Source: an uncultured virus (IMG/VR IMGVR_UViG_3300028886_000092)
Lineage: Duplodnaviria > Heunggongvirae > Uroviricota > Caudoviricetes
Direction: 5' to 3' (one strand)
DNA length: 64,000 nt
IMG/VR virus record: IMGVR_UViG_3300028886_000092
Part shown: piece by piece, positions 20,695 through 31,490 of the stretch
Numbering within the stretch: position 1 is the stretch's first letter
Layout: the number at the start of each line of letters is the position of its first letter
Notes under the pieces: model-generated
Databases searched by the model: none
Told to the model about the DNA's origin: nothing
The model's input: only the letters and a program-made list of their open reading frames with translations
Translations under genes and position numbers: made by a program

Positions 20695-21762
20695 TTAGTT
20701 AAAAATGTGATTCAGTTCCTTGAAGTCGGGCAAAGTGCCTTCGGCGGCTTTTTCCTTCACATCATCCCCTTGGGAGCTCTGCTCACCTTCTTTCTGAGTG
20801 TCTCCTGACGGCTCAGGGGTGGCAGTAGAGGGTGCTGCGGTACTTGCGTCCTGAATAATCGCATTTGATTTATAAACTCTACTATAGCAATGTGGACAGC
20901 GAACATAACTCATTATGTCTGTCAGTCCCTTCTGCTCAAACTCAGGCTTACCGCTCTTGGACAGTACGATGTCAAGTACGGCTGTAACCTGCTCCCTGAT
21001 TTCGGGAGTGAGTTTCTCCATCTCCTGACGTACAATGTCCTCAGTTATCCATCTCTGGAACTGAGCGGCAAGGTCTATCACTTGCTGACTGAAAGTGTGC
21101 TCGGGCATACTCTCGTAGTCAAACTGGTGCCCACAACAGGGACACGTTACAATCACGCCTCCGTTGAGGCTCTTCAAAAGTAAATTAAGTTCCATATCAT
21201 AGGCTTTAAGACGTTCGTCTGTGTAACCGTGCTGCTGGAACGCTTTGCGGATGAAGTCGCAGGCTTCCTTTACCTGATCGGCAGTAGCTGACTTGATACC
21301 TACAAGGAATGTTTGAGGATTGCTACCCCAATGGGTGAGGGTGCTATACTCAAACATCTTCCATTCAAGGACCTTGCGCTTGTCCTGCTCGTCGCGCTTC
21401 ATGGCTCTTACTCCAATGGAGTGTTCCAATGTCCTACCGTTCTCAGCAAACAGCTTATAGTCGGCAAGAATGTCGCGACCAATCTCCTTGTCAAGGTTCA
21501 ACTGGCCAGTCATGATAAGATTGCCACCCTCTTCCTTACCTTCCAGTGGCACACCTAACAACTGGTCTGTACGATGGTTCAGGAACCAGCGCATCCTGCC
21601 GATGTTCTCTTTCAGGGTCTTATTGAACGACCCGGGCATAGAAATGTCATCCTGCGAGTCCTTGACACCGATACCATTAACCGCTACGGTAACGATACCT
21701 TTCTCATCATCCACATCATTCGCCTTGGTTCTGTATTGTAGGCGCTTGATTTCTTCTTTCAT
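20695..21762 (-). CDS. HK97-family prohead protease with C-terminal Zn-ribbon extension
   Basis: DSQDDISMPGSF, FLNH, HSIG, FEYSTLTHWGSNP; CPCC and CPHC motifs. Confidence 0.85.
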   Translation of the reverse strand: MKEEIKRLQYRTKANDVDDEKGIVTVAVNGIGVKDSQDDISMPGSFNKTLKENIGRMRWFLNHRTDQLLGVPLEGKEEGGNLIMTGQLNLDKEIGRDILADYKLFAENGRTLEHSIGVRAMKRDEQDKRKVLEWKMFEYSTLTHWGSNPQTFLVGIKSATADQVKEACDFIRKAFQQHGYTDERLKAYDMELNLLLKSLNGGVIVTCPCCGHQFDYESMPEHTFSQQVIDLAAQFQRWITEDIVRQEMEKLTPEIREQVTAVLDIVLSKSGKPEFEQKGLTDIMSYVRCPHCYSRVYKSNAIIQDASTAAPSTATPEPSGDTQKEGEQSSQGDDVKEKAAEGTLPDFKELNHIFN

Positions 21763-23149
21763 CTTCTCTCGTTTTGATGTTAAAAACTCTGTTAATAAAC
21801 TCTATTTCTTCGTCGGTCATATTGAATATAACCTTGTCGAATACTTCTCCTTCCAGCTTCTCCTCGCAGATCTGCGCTCTCCAGTCATTGATGGTGATGA
21901 TACCGCTGAGGAACTGCATCTTGCAACGCTCATTGAGCAGCTTCTTAACCTCTTCCGCATCCTTCAGACCGTCCTGCAGACAGTCAACGTCCTTAAAACA
22001 GCAATCAAGATAGAATCCGTCTGCCTCCAATCCGAGGAATGATGTCAAGTCCTGACAGAATCGCTTCGTAAGGGGGATAATCTCGGAACTATAGACAGTC
22101 TTCTCAGCCGTTGACTGGTTGCTGAATGTGCTCTGGTCCTTACGTGGTACAAGAACGCTCGGTATGCCGAATGCTCCAGCAATGGTTATAGCGTCCTGCA
22201 AGTTCTCATCGAATGGCTGTAACTCAGATATTGAGAGGTTTGTTCTTATAAAGTCTATAGGCACATCGCTAATGCCGTATGGGAGTCTGTCACCAGTGAT
22301 GCCGTATTTAGCATCGTGTTGCTTTATTAGGGACTCCTTTTCCTTCTCCGTGAGGGCTATGGTGCCAGTGGGGTCTTGCTTCTTTGAAATGATGAAGCCC
22401 AATCCTCCCTGCTTAACATAGATGAGGTTACGGGCTTGATAGACGGCAATAAGGTTGCTTATGGCCTTCTGCTGACTTGCCAGGCGACTCTTACTCATCA
22501 TGAAATGGGAATCGTAGTTAAACGAAGGTCTGCCGTCCCTGTCATGCCATATCTCAGCAGGATCGATGTCGTAGTAGGCCATCATGCCATAGCCAATACG
22601 ATAAGCCTTGATAAGTTCCTCTTTGCTTGCCACTCCGAACATCTGCGACATGTCACGATTGGGAACTACCTGCATGTGGTCTGCTGGCATTTCCCAGAAG
22701 TTGTCACACCAACGCCAACGACGCTCAGGGTTTATGCAATCACCCATAGCGGCACGCATGAAGGCATTTCCTGTTGCCAGCTTATAGACGAAATGAAGAT
22801 ACACGAGTTCGCGGAACTTCATAAGGCAGTTAGGCTGGTCAAGAAACTTGTTGAACTCCTTGCGGTAATAGACTATGCTGTCATCCTTTACACGCTTTAC
22901 CTCAAAGGTGGCACCTGCTATGCGGCTTGCAATGTAGTTGATAGGGAAAAATACTTCGGGAACGGTCTCAAACAACTGAAGAAAGTTCTCACCGCAGAAA
23001 TACGGCAAGACATTCAACTCAAAATATCTCGGCGAATATTTCTCAACAGAACCTCCGCCTAACTCAATAGGAAGTTCTATTGTCCTATTGCCTGGCTGTG
23101 AATCAGACTTCTTGGCAAATGGGTTCTTAAATAGTGATTCAAACTTCAT
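21716..23149 (-). CDS. Portal protein
   Basis: HK97-type motifs QPN, LATGNAF, IAGAFGIPSVLV, STFSNQ, GIITINDWR. Confidence 0.9.
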   Translation of the reverse strand: MKFESLFKNPFAKKSDSQPGNRTIELPIELGGGSVEKYSPRYFELNVLPYFCGENFLQLFETVPEVFFPINYIASRIAGATFEVKRVKDDSIVYYRKEFNKFLDQPNCLMKFRELVYLHFVYKLATGNAFMRAAMGDCINPERRWRWCDNFWEMPADHMQVVPNRDMSQMFGVASKEELIKAYRIGYGMMAYYDIDPAEIWHDRDGRPSFNYDSHFMMSKSRLASQQKAISNLIAVYQARNLIYVKQGGLGFIISKKQDPTGTIALTEKEKESLIKQHDAKYGITGDRLPYGISDVPIDFIRTNLSISELQPFDENLQDAITIAGAFGIPSVLVPRKDQSTFSNQSTAEKTVYSSEIIPLTKRFCQDLTSFLGLEADGFYLDCCFKDVDCLQDGLKDAEEVKKLLNERCKMQFLSGIITINDWRAQICEEKLEGEVFDKVIFNMTDEEIEFINRVFNIKTREDERRNQAPTIQNQGE

Positions 23150-23167
23150 TTCTTATCAACTTTGGTG

Positions 23168-23220
23168 CAAATGTACGGAATTTCAATATACGATTTTCAA
23201 AATGCCAAAATCTCGATTTC
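23168..23220 (-). promoter_or_regulatory. Class-II promoter upstream of the portal gene
   Basis: CAAATGTA at 23168 and AAAATCTCGATTTC at 23207. Confidence 0.65.
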
Positions 23221-25228
23221 ACCTCTGCTTAATTACATACTGAATAAAACCACTCAAAATCGTACTTGCGTCTTTGTTCTGACTGTCCTTGTTATAGTCA
23301 TACAGACTGGTAAGGAATTTTCCATAGTCTATATTGTCGCTCGCCTCCTGTTCGTTGAACCTGATGAGGCTCCTCACATAGTCAGATGTTGCAGCTATGC
23401 GGCTGTCCACATCTGTGAACTCTTTTATGACCCTTATCTCCTTGGTACTGGACTCTCTCATCTCACGCACGAATGGGTAGTAGGCATCGCTGCACTCAAT
23501 TACAACACTTGGAGCCTCACGCGCCTCTATCGCTGCTTTCATGCTCTCAGTAGATACGGATTCAGTATAGACAACATCTATAATGTGCCACAGCTCTCCG
23601 CACTTCCTGCCGTACACCATCAGGAACATGCCTTCAATGTTCGGCATAACATAGCAGAGTGAGTCGCTATACTCGTACTCTCCTGTAGGATTGTAGAAGG
23701 TGACAAAACCATCCCTTGCGTAGAGGTTCCTCTTGCGCTTATTGGAGAACGCTATGAACTCTTCCTTCATAAGGTCACACACAACGTAGCGGAACGTGTC
23801 GGAGAAGTGGCCGTGCTCCTCATACGTCTGCATGGTCATCTTGTTCTTTACCCTTGTCTTGAGAATACCGCCGTTAGCATCCTTCTGCACTGACTGGTAA
23901 TCCTCCATGGAAACACGGCAGTTGTCACCTATGGTAATGGATAGTCCAGGGATGGACCCTTCAAACACGGCATTGATAAACTCACCGCTCATGCTCACAC
24001 TCGGATTGCTTGCACCGATAACGTCCTCTACCTCCACACCCTTCTCATTGAGGGTAGATATGAACAAGTCATGGAAAGACCTCTTCTCATCATCAATATT
24101 GTTTGCTGACTTCGTGCAGGCATCACCATGAAGATAAACCTTCCCTGTATAGTTCCACTTGTGCAATGTCTCCGCAACAAGTTTTGCAGATCTGCGCACG
24201 GTGTTGTTAGGGTTCTCAGCTGCCGTTTCATGAAACTGAAACAAATGCTTCCCGTTCTCAAAATCAATCTGCCAGTATGATATGGTGATATAGGGCAACA
24301 CGTTAGAGTCTATGGAAAGGTGTATGGGCAGGTTCTCATTGTACGGTACTGACTGCATGTGCCTACCTTTGTTGAAGCTGCCAAAGAACTCGCTGCCAGT
24401 GCGCAGGATTCCCCACTCACCAAGGGCGTACACGTTGTAATAGTCAGGGTCTTCCAGTCTGTCCTTCTCGAAGTCGGCAATACATTGCTCATCGTAGAAT
24501 CCGTACTTACCATCTGGAGAGCCTACTACCCAAAAGTTATTGAGGTAGGTGCTCTGTATGACTACGGTATCTGATGGGTGCTGCTCTATCTCCTTGGTGC
24601 GGACATTCAGTACACTTTTAGGCTCATTCATCAACAACCTCTTAACCTTTGTCAGCTGCTCGGGTATCTCTTGACCGCCGATAACAACCTTCATGGGTAT
24701 CTCATGCAGCTTTTCCTTGTCAAGGTAGCTCTTCTTTATCCAGTGTGTCTCACTGATGGGGTTGAAGGTCATAATGATCTGCTGACCCTTCTTACCACGC
24801 AGACGCTTGCGTATCTGCTTGAAATCCTCAATCTCAAACTCAGAGAACTCTTCAAGCTGCACTCTCTTGTAGTTGGATATTCCTTTTATCTTTTCCGGAT
24901 CGTCAAGACCGCTAAAGTCTATCTTGGCCCCATTGTATATACACCTGATGCTGTTCTGCGTGAAGCGGAACATCTTGTCTATTCTGAGGTTCTTAGCTGA
25001 TACTTTGTAGTCCTCATAGATAGTCTTCAAGATGCTCGCACCTACCTTGCGCATAACAAGCGTATTCTCCCCATCGTAGAGCGTCTGTATGAGTATCGTC
25101 TGGGCAACAGAATAACTCTTACCGGATGATGAGCCGCCAAACAGGATTATGAACCTTATCGTCTCGTCATTGAAGAACTGGAGACAATAAAATCCGTTCG
25201 GGTTGAGTTTCTTGTAATTGACTACCAT
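23219..25228 (-). CDS. terL: Terminase large subunit (PBSX-like)
   Basis: Walker A GGSSSGKS, Walker B-like LEE, TFNP, YALGEWG, nuclease-domain HFSDTFRY. Confidence 0.92.
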   Translation of the reverse strand: MVVNYKKLNPNGFYCLQFFNDETIRFIILFGGSSSGKSYSVAQTILIQTLYDGENTLVMRKVGASILKTIYEDYKVSAKNLRIDKMFRFTQNSIRCIYNGAKIDFSGLDDPEKIKGISNYKRVQLEEFSEFEIEDFKQIRKRLRGKKGQQIIMTFNPISETHWIKKSYLDKEKLHEIPMKVVIGGQEIPEQLTKVKRLLMNEPKSVLNVRTKEIEQHPSDTVVIQSTYLNNFWVVGSPDGKYGFYDEQCIADFEKDRLEDPDYYNVYALGEWGILRTGSEFFGSFNKGRHMQSVPYNENLPIHLSIDSNVLPYITISYWQIDFENGKHLFQFHETAAENPNNTVRRSAKLVAETLHKWNYTGKVYLHGDACTKSANNIDDEKRSFHDLFISTLNEKGVEVEDVIGASNPSVSMSGEFINAVFEGSIPGLSITIGDNCRVSMEDYQSVQKDANGGILKTRVKNKMTMQTYEEHGHFSDTFRYVVCDLMKEEFIAFSNKRKRNLYARDGFVTFYNPTGEYEYSDSLCYVMPNIEGMFLMVYGRKCGELWHIIDVVYTESVSTESMKAAIEAREAPSVVIECSDAYYPFVREMRESSTKEIRVIKEFTDVDSRIAATSDYVRSLIRFNEQEASDNIDYGKFLTSLYDYNKDSQNKDASTILSGFIQYVIKQR

Positions 25229-25234
25229 GTTATG

Positions 25235-25777
25235 CTATTCGTCTTCGTCAAATCCTATTCTTATTTCTTGTTTTGTCTTACCGCCGCCTATGTCAATCTG
25301 TGTCGGAGCGTTCCATCCGTTCCAGGCACCGAGCAATCTTGCGGCCTCTGTCTTACCGTTGAACTCATAGGACACGACACCCTTATTATTCTTGATGGTC
25401 TTCAGGGCGCTTCTTATCCTTTTGGGCATCTGACATGGAGACTTAAGGCGGTACTTGCCCGTCTTCTCATCGTAAACATACAACTCCGATGGGTCAGCAC
25501 TGATAATGTCCATGAGTATTCGTTCTACCCTTTGCCTCTCCACCTTCGATGTCTCTGCGTACTCTCGCTGTATCTCCTTTATCCTTTGTGAAACCTTTGT
25601 GTCTGAAAGGAGTTGGCTTGCATTGGTCCAGATTGATTCTGGCTTCATGCGTTCCGTGTTGTACGCCATGCGGTACGCCTCACTTGCTATGCCTGTGTCC
25701 ACATAATGTCGGCAGAATGCCTCTTGCTTCGCCGTAAGTGTTCCGTCTGCTATGGTGTTCTTCTGTTTTCTCTTCAT
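25235..25777 (-). CDS. terS: Terminase small subunit
   Basis: LTAKQEAFCRHY...ASEAYRMAY motif; adjacent to terL. Confidence 0.85.
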   Translation of the reverse strand: MKRKQKNTIADGTLTAKQEAFCRHYVDTGIASEAYRMAYNTERMKPESIWTNASQLLSDTKVSQRIKEIQREYAETSKVERQRVERILMDIISADPSELYVYDEKTGKYRLKSPCQMPKRIRSALKTIKNNKGVVSYEFNGKTEAARLLGAWNGWNAPTQIDIGGGKTKQEIRIGFDEDE

Positions 25778-25778
25778 A

Positions 25779-26327
25779 TCAGTTGTTATATATGCCTACG
25801 ATGCAAACGACTTGCTCCTTATCTTGGAAAAGGGCTCTCGTAGCAGTTAGTGTCGTTCCAGTTGTTATGATATCGTCAAATATGATTACTTTTCTTTCAG
25901 GTATCTCTCTTAGAAGATGGAACTCAGGGTTGAGTCTGTCTTTTGTGATACATTGTACAGAACCTTTGTAAAAGGGTATGTGTTTTGTATCTGATATTAA
26001 CCCGCTCACGAACTCGGAAAAATGAAAACCCTCAAAGTGTCTCCGTCTCGGAGTAGTGACGATACACCAGCCCTCCAGATTGAGAATAATGCGGTCGATG
26101 AGGCTGCACGCCCTCTCTGCCATAATGCGGGCGTGTTCCTCGCTCTGCTTGATGGTGTCGAAGTCCACACCTTCCTTTGTGCGCCTGAACAGGGAGTAAT
26201 AGAGGTAGTCATGCTTGACGTGCATACGCAAAGCGTCCGTGAAGTCGCATTTGCGGCATTTCTGCCTGCGCTCCACGGGCTCCTTATCCCATTCGTCCAT
26301 GCGGACTATCTTACTCCTCTTTCTCAT
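25779..26327 (-). CDS. Type I phosphoribosyltransferase-fold protein
   Basis: PRPP-binding loop VIIFDDIITTGTTL. Confidence 0.8.
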   Translation of the reverse strand: MRKRSKIVRMDEWDKEPVERRQKCRKCDFTDALRMHVKHDYLYYSLFRRTKEGVDFDTIKQSEEHARIMAERACSLIDRIILNLEGWCIVTTPRRRHFEGFHFSEFVSGLISDTKHIPFYKGSVQCITKDRLNPEFHLLREIPERKVIIFDDIITTGTTLTATRALFQDKEQVVCIVGIYNN

Positions 26328-27102
26328 CGAAACAAAGTTTCAGCCCCTCATCAACAGACCTGTAACACAGACTGATGGTCGGGATGCTATTGTTCACTAC
26401 CTGCTCGGGGTTGTCGTATTCCCTTATGTCCGGCAGGATCTGCAGCTTGACGGGTTTCATTGAGTGCTCAATCTGCAAGTGCTGGACTTTCTTCGCAAAG
26501 TCAAGGACAGTCAATGGTTCCTGATTCACGCAGTTGAGCAGAATCTCATCGCTTGAGGCTGCACGGATTAACCCCTCCACGATATCATCTATAAAAGTGA
26601 AGCATCTGATGTTTGCCCCGTTGTTGTAGAGCTTTACACACTCACGAGACATGAGCGTGTGAAGAAGAGTCCCTTGACGCGGGTTTGCTCCATACACGTT
26701 GTGAAGGCGAACGCCAGTTGCTTCCCTGTTATAGAAAAATGCGTACCTCTCTGCAAAATTCTTGCTGAGGCCATACATACTTGTTGTGTTGCAGGGTTCC
26801 GCTGTGGAGGAACTTGCATACACCAACTTTACACGATACATCTTGCAGTGGTCGCAGACATGGTAGAATGCTTCCAGGTTATCATCGAATATCTTCTGAT
26901 GGTCTGTATTGAATACAGATGTCTGAGCCGCAAGATGGAACACACACTTTATGCCGCCTGAGCGGAGCAGGCCTGACACCTCTCGGACATCATGCCCGCT
27001 CTTGCGGTCTATTCCGATAACCTCATAACCTAACTCTCTCAACCTCTTGGCAAGAGGACGGCCAATAAAGCCGTCACTGCCTGTTACAATCACCTTCTCC
27101 AT
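26311..27102 (-). CDS. NAD-dependent epimerase/dehydratase (extended SDR)
   Basis: VTGSDGFIG, FHLAA, YASSS, YGLSK, RLHNVYG. Confidence 0.88.
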   Translation of the reverse strand: MEKVIVTGSDGFIGRPLAKRLRELGYEVIGIDRKSGHDVREVSGLLRSGGIKCVFHLAAQTSVFNTDHQKIFDDNLEAFYHVCDHCKMYRVKLVYASSSTAEPCNTTSMYGLSKNFAERYAFFYNREATGVRLHNVYGANPRQGTLLHTLMSRECVKLYNNGANIRCFTFIDDIVEGLIRAASSDEILLNCVNQEPLTVLDFAKKVQHLQIEHSMKPVKLQILPDIREYDNPEQVVNNSIPTISLCYRSVDEGLKLCFDEKEE

Positions 27103-27129
27103 ATCAGTTATATTTTGGTTTATTCGTTG

Positions 27130-27182
27130 CAAAAGTACATAAAAATACCTCTCATTTCCCAGATTGTCAAAATCTCGGTTTC
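27130..27182 (-). promoter_or_regulatory. Class-II promoter at the head of the epimerase-PRTase-terminase operon
   Basis: CAAAAGTA at 27130 and AAAATCTCGGTTTC at 27169. Confidence 0.65.
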
Positions 27183-27334
27183 GTCTCGATGTAGTGCTCT
27201 CTGTCCTCTCCGCAATCATCCATCCACAAGTGGCCTTCCTCGAACATTGCTTTCAGGCCGTCAAGGAATCTCAGACAGGTCATTTTGAAAAGGCAGTTCT
27301 CGCCTTTACAATAACAGAAATTTTTCTTTGCCAT
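27167..27334 (-). CDS. Small Cys-rich protein (55 aa)
   Basis: Hand-translated MAKKNFCYCKGENCLFKMTCLRF... Confidence 0.45.
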   Translation of the reverse strand: MAKKNFCYCKGENCLFKMTCLRFLDGLKAMFEEGHLWMDDCGEDREHYIETKPRF

Positions 27335-27341
27335 AATCGCT

Positions 27342-27587
27342 CTATTTACAAAGTTCTTTAATCTTATTCAGCAACTCGATATACTTACGGTGCCATCGGC
27401 TTGACATATCGGCAGCTGCAAAGTATGCTCTCTTATACTTCTCCCGTTCCAGGCGCAGGAATCTGTTCTCCCTTGACACGCGGTCGGCGTATGCCATTTC
27501 GGGAGTGGCAAAGCGCCCCTTGGAGTCTCTGCACCTCATCTCTGGCGTGTTGGGGAATAACTCAGGCTCTTTTCGTTTTGTTTTCAT
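27342..27587 (-). CDS. Hypothetical protein
   Basis: 81-aa ORF with an RDSKGRF motif. Confidence 0.55.
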   Translation of the reverse strand: MKTKRKEPELFPNTPEMRCRDSKGRFATPEMAYADRVSRENRFLRLEREKYKRAYFAAADMSSRWHRKYIELLNKIKELCK

Positions 27588-28066
27588 AGTCCGTCAAATA
27601 AATCAAGTTGTCTTACAGGCTCCTTATAGTCTCTGTGCTCGCTCATGTACCACTTGCGCAACTCGTCGGCTATCCGGTTACGTTCGGGAAGGCTGACGTT
27701 GTACTGGTCGGCAAGAGAGTTGGCTCTTAGGGCCGCTTCGAGGCTCCCGGCAATCTTCTTGTCGTCCATGAATATGCAATACTCCGTAAATATCCGGTTG
27801 AGTTGCTTGGCATCGCTGGCCTCCCCTTCAGTCTGGTACCGCCAGCATACATTGTACTGAGCAGAGAGGAAGGAGCGGTTCATGCGGTGATGATCCGCTA
27901 CGCCCTCTTCGTTCTCATAGATGATGCTGATACCTTCGCGCTTGCGTATCTTGCCAAGCTTGCACCATCCGTAGAAAACACGGAGCCTCGACTTCTTGAC
28001 AGAGGTCTTCTCGGATGAGTGCTTCACCTCCAGCATTGCTAATTGGTCATTGAGTAGGGTGTTCAT
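27584..28066 (-). CDS. Hypothetical protein
   Basis: Likely start MNTLLNDQ; ends in QLDLF (clamp-binding-like motif). Confidence 0.55.
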   Translation of the reverse strand: MNTLLNDQLAMLEVKHSSEKTSVKKSRLRVFYGWCKLGKIRKREGISIIYENEEGVADHHRMNRSFLSAQYNVCWRYQTEGEASDAKQLNRIFTEYCIFMDDKKIAGSLEAALRANSLADQYNVSLPERNRIADELRKWYMSEHRDYKEPVRQLDLFDGL

Positions 28067-28246
28067 AGTAGTTTTATGAATTGTTGCGGATGTTTTCAAC
28101 CTTCTTGCGAAATTTCTCGTTCCACGGAATGCCAATGTATGGGCAAATGCTATCGAAGCACTCATCTCTGACATAATACCCTTCATGGTCAAGAATAGCA
28201 TCACATATCTCGAATAATACCTTCCGGTCTATCTTTACATACTTTT

Positions 28247-28951
28247 TCATTCTATACCCTCCTTATATTGATTGATTATTGGTTTGCAAGACTCCAATAC
28301 TTTAACAACCTTGTCAAGGTCAAACCAGTCATTAGTGCGTACACCAGACTCCATGTCTATCCAGAAGTCGCCTTCCGTATGTTCATAAAGATACGTCAGT
28401 TTCTCTGCCACGTTCTCAGGACTGATGCCGCCGGCATAGCCTATCTTTTTGCCTGCAAAAGCTATGAGAGGAGTATCTATACCCTCGCCACCGCTTGCGT
28501 CCAGCAGCATTGTGACATGTTCATTCGTGTTTGACTTTAAGTACAGGTCGCAATCTTCAACGGACCTCTGCTGAAGAATAATCTCGTCGAACAAGAAAGC
28601 GTCCTCGCACAACTCGAAGGAGTCTGGATTTTCTTTCGATGTCGCAATGTTTAGCTGACAGCGGTTGAAGATGAAGAATGGGAAAAACCTTGCCCAGTCA
28701 CGGAGTGGCTCAAAGTCGCCGCGTACTGCTGCCCGAGCAATGCTACCGCAAAGATGAGCCGACAGATTCAGACCACGACCCTCCAGTGCGTCGAGGTAAC
28801 TTGGGTTGAAATATCTATTGCCATTCTCGCGCCAGCTTTTTGCCACGAGTACCCCAAATTCTGCGATTGGATATTCCTGCTGAATTTCCCAAAGACGGCC
28901 AAGGTCAGTCTTCCCGTCGATGCCTGTAAATGTAATGTGTTGCAGTTTCAT
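28247..28951 (-). CDS. TrpF/PRA-isomerase-like TIM-barrel protein
   Basis: LLDASGGEG, GYAGGISPENV and IDMESGVR motifs. Confidence 0.7.
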   Translation of the reverse strand: MKLQHITFTGIDGKTDLGRLWEIQQEYPIAEFGVLVAKSWRENGNRYFNPSYLDALEGRGLNLSAHLCGSIARAAVRGDFEPLRDWARFFPFFIFNRCQLNIATSKENPDSFELCEDAFLFDEIILQQRSVEDCDLYLKSNTNEHVTMLLDASGGEGIDTPLIAFAGKKIGYAGGISPENVAEKLTYLYEHTEGDFWIDMESGVRTNDWFDLDKVVKVLESCKPIINQYKEGIE

Positions 28952-29287
28952 AGTCAGTCCTCCTTATATCCGTTTAGTTTGTTAATAGTATCTTCCATAC
29001 TAACAACCATTTCTTGAAATGTCCTCATTTCTCTTATTGGCATTTCTGCATCAGTCTTTTCTATAAGTATCTGTGTCTTTGTGTTTGGTGCTGCCACAAT
29101 TTTTAACGTCATTGTTCCTTTCATAATTCAGTCCTATTTAATTTCCTCGATAAAACTATTGATGCGGTCAATCGCCGTAGATATGCCTGCGATTTCGTAC
29201 GCCTGCTGAATCTCACGAACGACAGCCTTCGCACCAGCCATGTAGTTCTCGTAAGCCTTCTTGCCTACGCCACGTTGCATAGAGTAG

Positions 29288-29770
29288 TCAAAGGCCATGT
29301 CTTTTAGTGCTGCCATAGTTAGTAGTATCGTTGATCGGTAAAATGAATAATAGCCATAGGCTTTCCTTTGTCGTAGCCTTGAACCATTCTCTCCAGTCTC
29401 GTAGGCTTAGACCATCATTGAGGGCGATTATCTCGCGTGGCCATAGCTTGCCGTCAATAGTGGCTGCTATAAAGTCTTTCCGGATTTCCTTAAATTCAAG
29501 TTTTTGTATGCCGATACCGTCCTCATGGGTCAGTAATGCCAGCTCTCGCATAGAGGAACCTTTGCCGTATGGCTTTCCTACCCATTCGCGGATAGACAGG
29601 ACGGCTTCGCCTGAGGATATCTTCTCAAAGCGTTTGTGCCAGAATTCATAGTTGGCACGGATTGTGTGGATTTTGCTACGTCTCAGGCTCTCACTGAAAT
29701 ACGTAGGCTCCCCAGCTCTCGGATGAGTAGAGGGGAACACCTGCGATAATGTCAAATAGTACGTTTTCAT
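29288..29770 (-). CDS. Hypothetical (ASCH-like) protein
   Basis: KIHTIR...LSIREWVGKPY...IALNDGL. Confidence 0.45.
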   Translation of the reverse strand: MKTYYLTLSQVFPSTHPRAGEPTYFSESLRRSKIHTIRANYEFWHKRFEKISSGEAVLSIREWVGKPYGKGSSMRELALLTHEDGIGIQKLEFKEIRKDFIAATIDGKLWPREIIALNDGLSLRDWREWFKATTKESLWLLFILPINDTTNYGSTKRHGL

Positions 29771-29790
29771 TTTGGTTTGGTTTAACTTGT

Positions 29791-31485
29791 TTATAATCTT
29801 TTACATAGGGCCTCGCACAGAACACGAGCCATATTCACTTCTACGGCATTACCGATGAATTTCTTTTGCTCGGACTGAGTACCGATGAGGGTATAGTCTT
29901 CTGGGAAACCCATGATGCGCTTCAACTCTCGGACGTTCAGCATACGCATACGGATATCCGCTATGCCATACAGAGCCATAAACTCCTTGATGCTTGCAGT
30001 CATGGGGCTATCAGTCTCATATACCTCAATGGCTATTCCCTTTTCCGTGCTGATAAGGTAAGGGGGCATCTTATCCATTCTCGCTATGAGTGTGAAGCAG
30101 GGCTTGTCTATGGAGCTGCCTTTGCACTCAAACTGAGGGTTCATAAGATACTGGACCGATACGACTTTCTGTTTGGGAGTAGTAAGGACTGCCGGACAAG
30201 GTGTCTCGATGTCTGAGGTCTGCCCGCCGCCGCTGTACTCATTGGCAATAAACTTGCAGCCAGCAACTCCTATTTGTCCTACCGTGCATATCGCAGGGGC
30301 AGGTTCCTCAATGGAGCTGCCTTTGTTGTTAAATCGGTAGTTTACAATAAAGTTGGAACTGACAAGCCCGAGGCGGTCTTTTGTGGTAATGGTTGGAGCA
30401 GGGTCTTCAATGGAAGTGTTGAAGCCGTTGCCGTAGTGAGCGGACACAAAGGCATGATGATCGCGGCAAGTGATTGTCCCTGCCGGTCCCTCTACACTGA
30501 TGTTCTTTCCGTCCGGTTCACCTCCGAACTGCTTGGAGAGGAATTGCACCTTAGCCATTCCTAGTCGGTTCTGACATGCTACGGTGGGGCAGGGTTCGTC
30601 TATGCCAGGGGCAACGTATTTTCCAGTCTTTCCGTTTGTGCTGTTGTACTTCACCAGAAAGGCTTCCTTGCCGCCCGCAACGAACTTGATGAGGCCTGCA
30701 TATATGCGCTCCAGTGTTTTCTCAACAAGAGGCTTCTTGCGGCCGAAAATGCTCTTCCCCTCGTCATTGAGGTCGAGCACTTCACGCACAGGCTTCCATG
30801 GCTTCATTGCATCATCCTTGAAAAGCTCACCCTCACTTGTCCTGCTCTTGGCATGTGTGGCAATAGGGAACGCTATTGGTAGGCCCTTCTTTGCGAACTG
30901 TCCAAAGAACCGCTTGCGTGAGGTATAGGCTCCGAAGTCGGCAGCGTTGAGGATGCGCCAGTCGTAATCATAGCCGTAGGCACAGACGTTCTTAACCCAC
31001 ATCAGGTATGATGTCCCCTTGTCGCGGCTGATGGGCTTTCCGTTCTCGTCAAGGTCTCCCCAACACATGAACTCTTCCACGTTCTCTATCTGAATATAAT
31101 CGGGCTTGATAGCTTCGATATATCGGAAGAGGTGCTCTGCAAGTGTCCTGCTGTCTGCATCCCTTGGCATACCGCCTTTTGCCTTGCTGAAATTTGTACA
31201 TTCAAGTGAGGCCCACAATACCACATAGGCATCAGGGTACTTCTCTCTCATTCTCGCCAGGTGTTCAACCATAGGGGTGAGTTCAAGCGTCCTTATATCC
31301 TCCGTGAAGTGGACGGCATCAGGATGGTTGGCCGCATGGGAGGCTATGGCGTTGGCATCATGGTTCACGCACGCTATTACCTTGGCACATTTCTTCCCGT
31401 TGTATGAGGCTTTTTCCACTCCGGTAGATGTGCCGCCTGCCCCGCAGAATAAATCTACATACAAAAGTTTGATGTTACTGTTCAT
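29791..31485 (-). CDS. dcm: DNA cytosine-C5 methyltransferase
   Basis: DLFCGAGG, catalytic SLEC, ENV, RKRFF, MGFP, IGNAV; repeated SIxxPAPTITT segments. Confidence 0.9.
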   Translation of the reverse strand: MNSNIKLLYVDLFCGAGGTSTGVEKASYNGKKCAKVIACVNHDANAIASHAANHPDAVHFTEDIRTLELTPMVEHLARMREKYPDAYVVLWASLECTNFSKAKGGMPRDADSRTLAEHLFRYIEAIKPDYIQIENVEEFMCWGDLDENGKPISRDKGTSYLMWVKNVCAYGYDYDWRILNAADFGAYTSRKRFFGQFAKKGLPIAFPIATHAKSRTSEGELFKDDAMKPWKPVREVLDLNDEGKSIFGRKKPLVEKTLERIYAGLIKFVAGGKEAFLVKYNSTNGKTGKYVAPGIDEPCPTVACQNRLGMAKVQFLSKQFGGEPDGKNISVEGPAGTITCRDHHAFVSAHYGNGFNTSIEDPAPTITTKDRLGLVSSNFIVNYRFNNKGSSIEEPAPAICTVGQIGVAGCKFIANEYSGGGQTSDIETPCPAVLTTPKQKVVSVQYLMNPQFECKGSSIDKPCFTLIARMDKMPPYLISTEKGIAIEVYETDSPMTASIKEFMALYGIADIRMRMLNVRELKRIMGFPEDYTLIGTQSEQKKFIGNAVEVNMARVLCEALCKRL

Positions 31486-31490
31486 CGTTG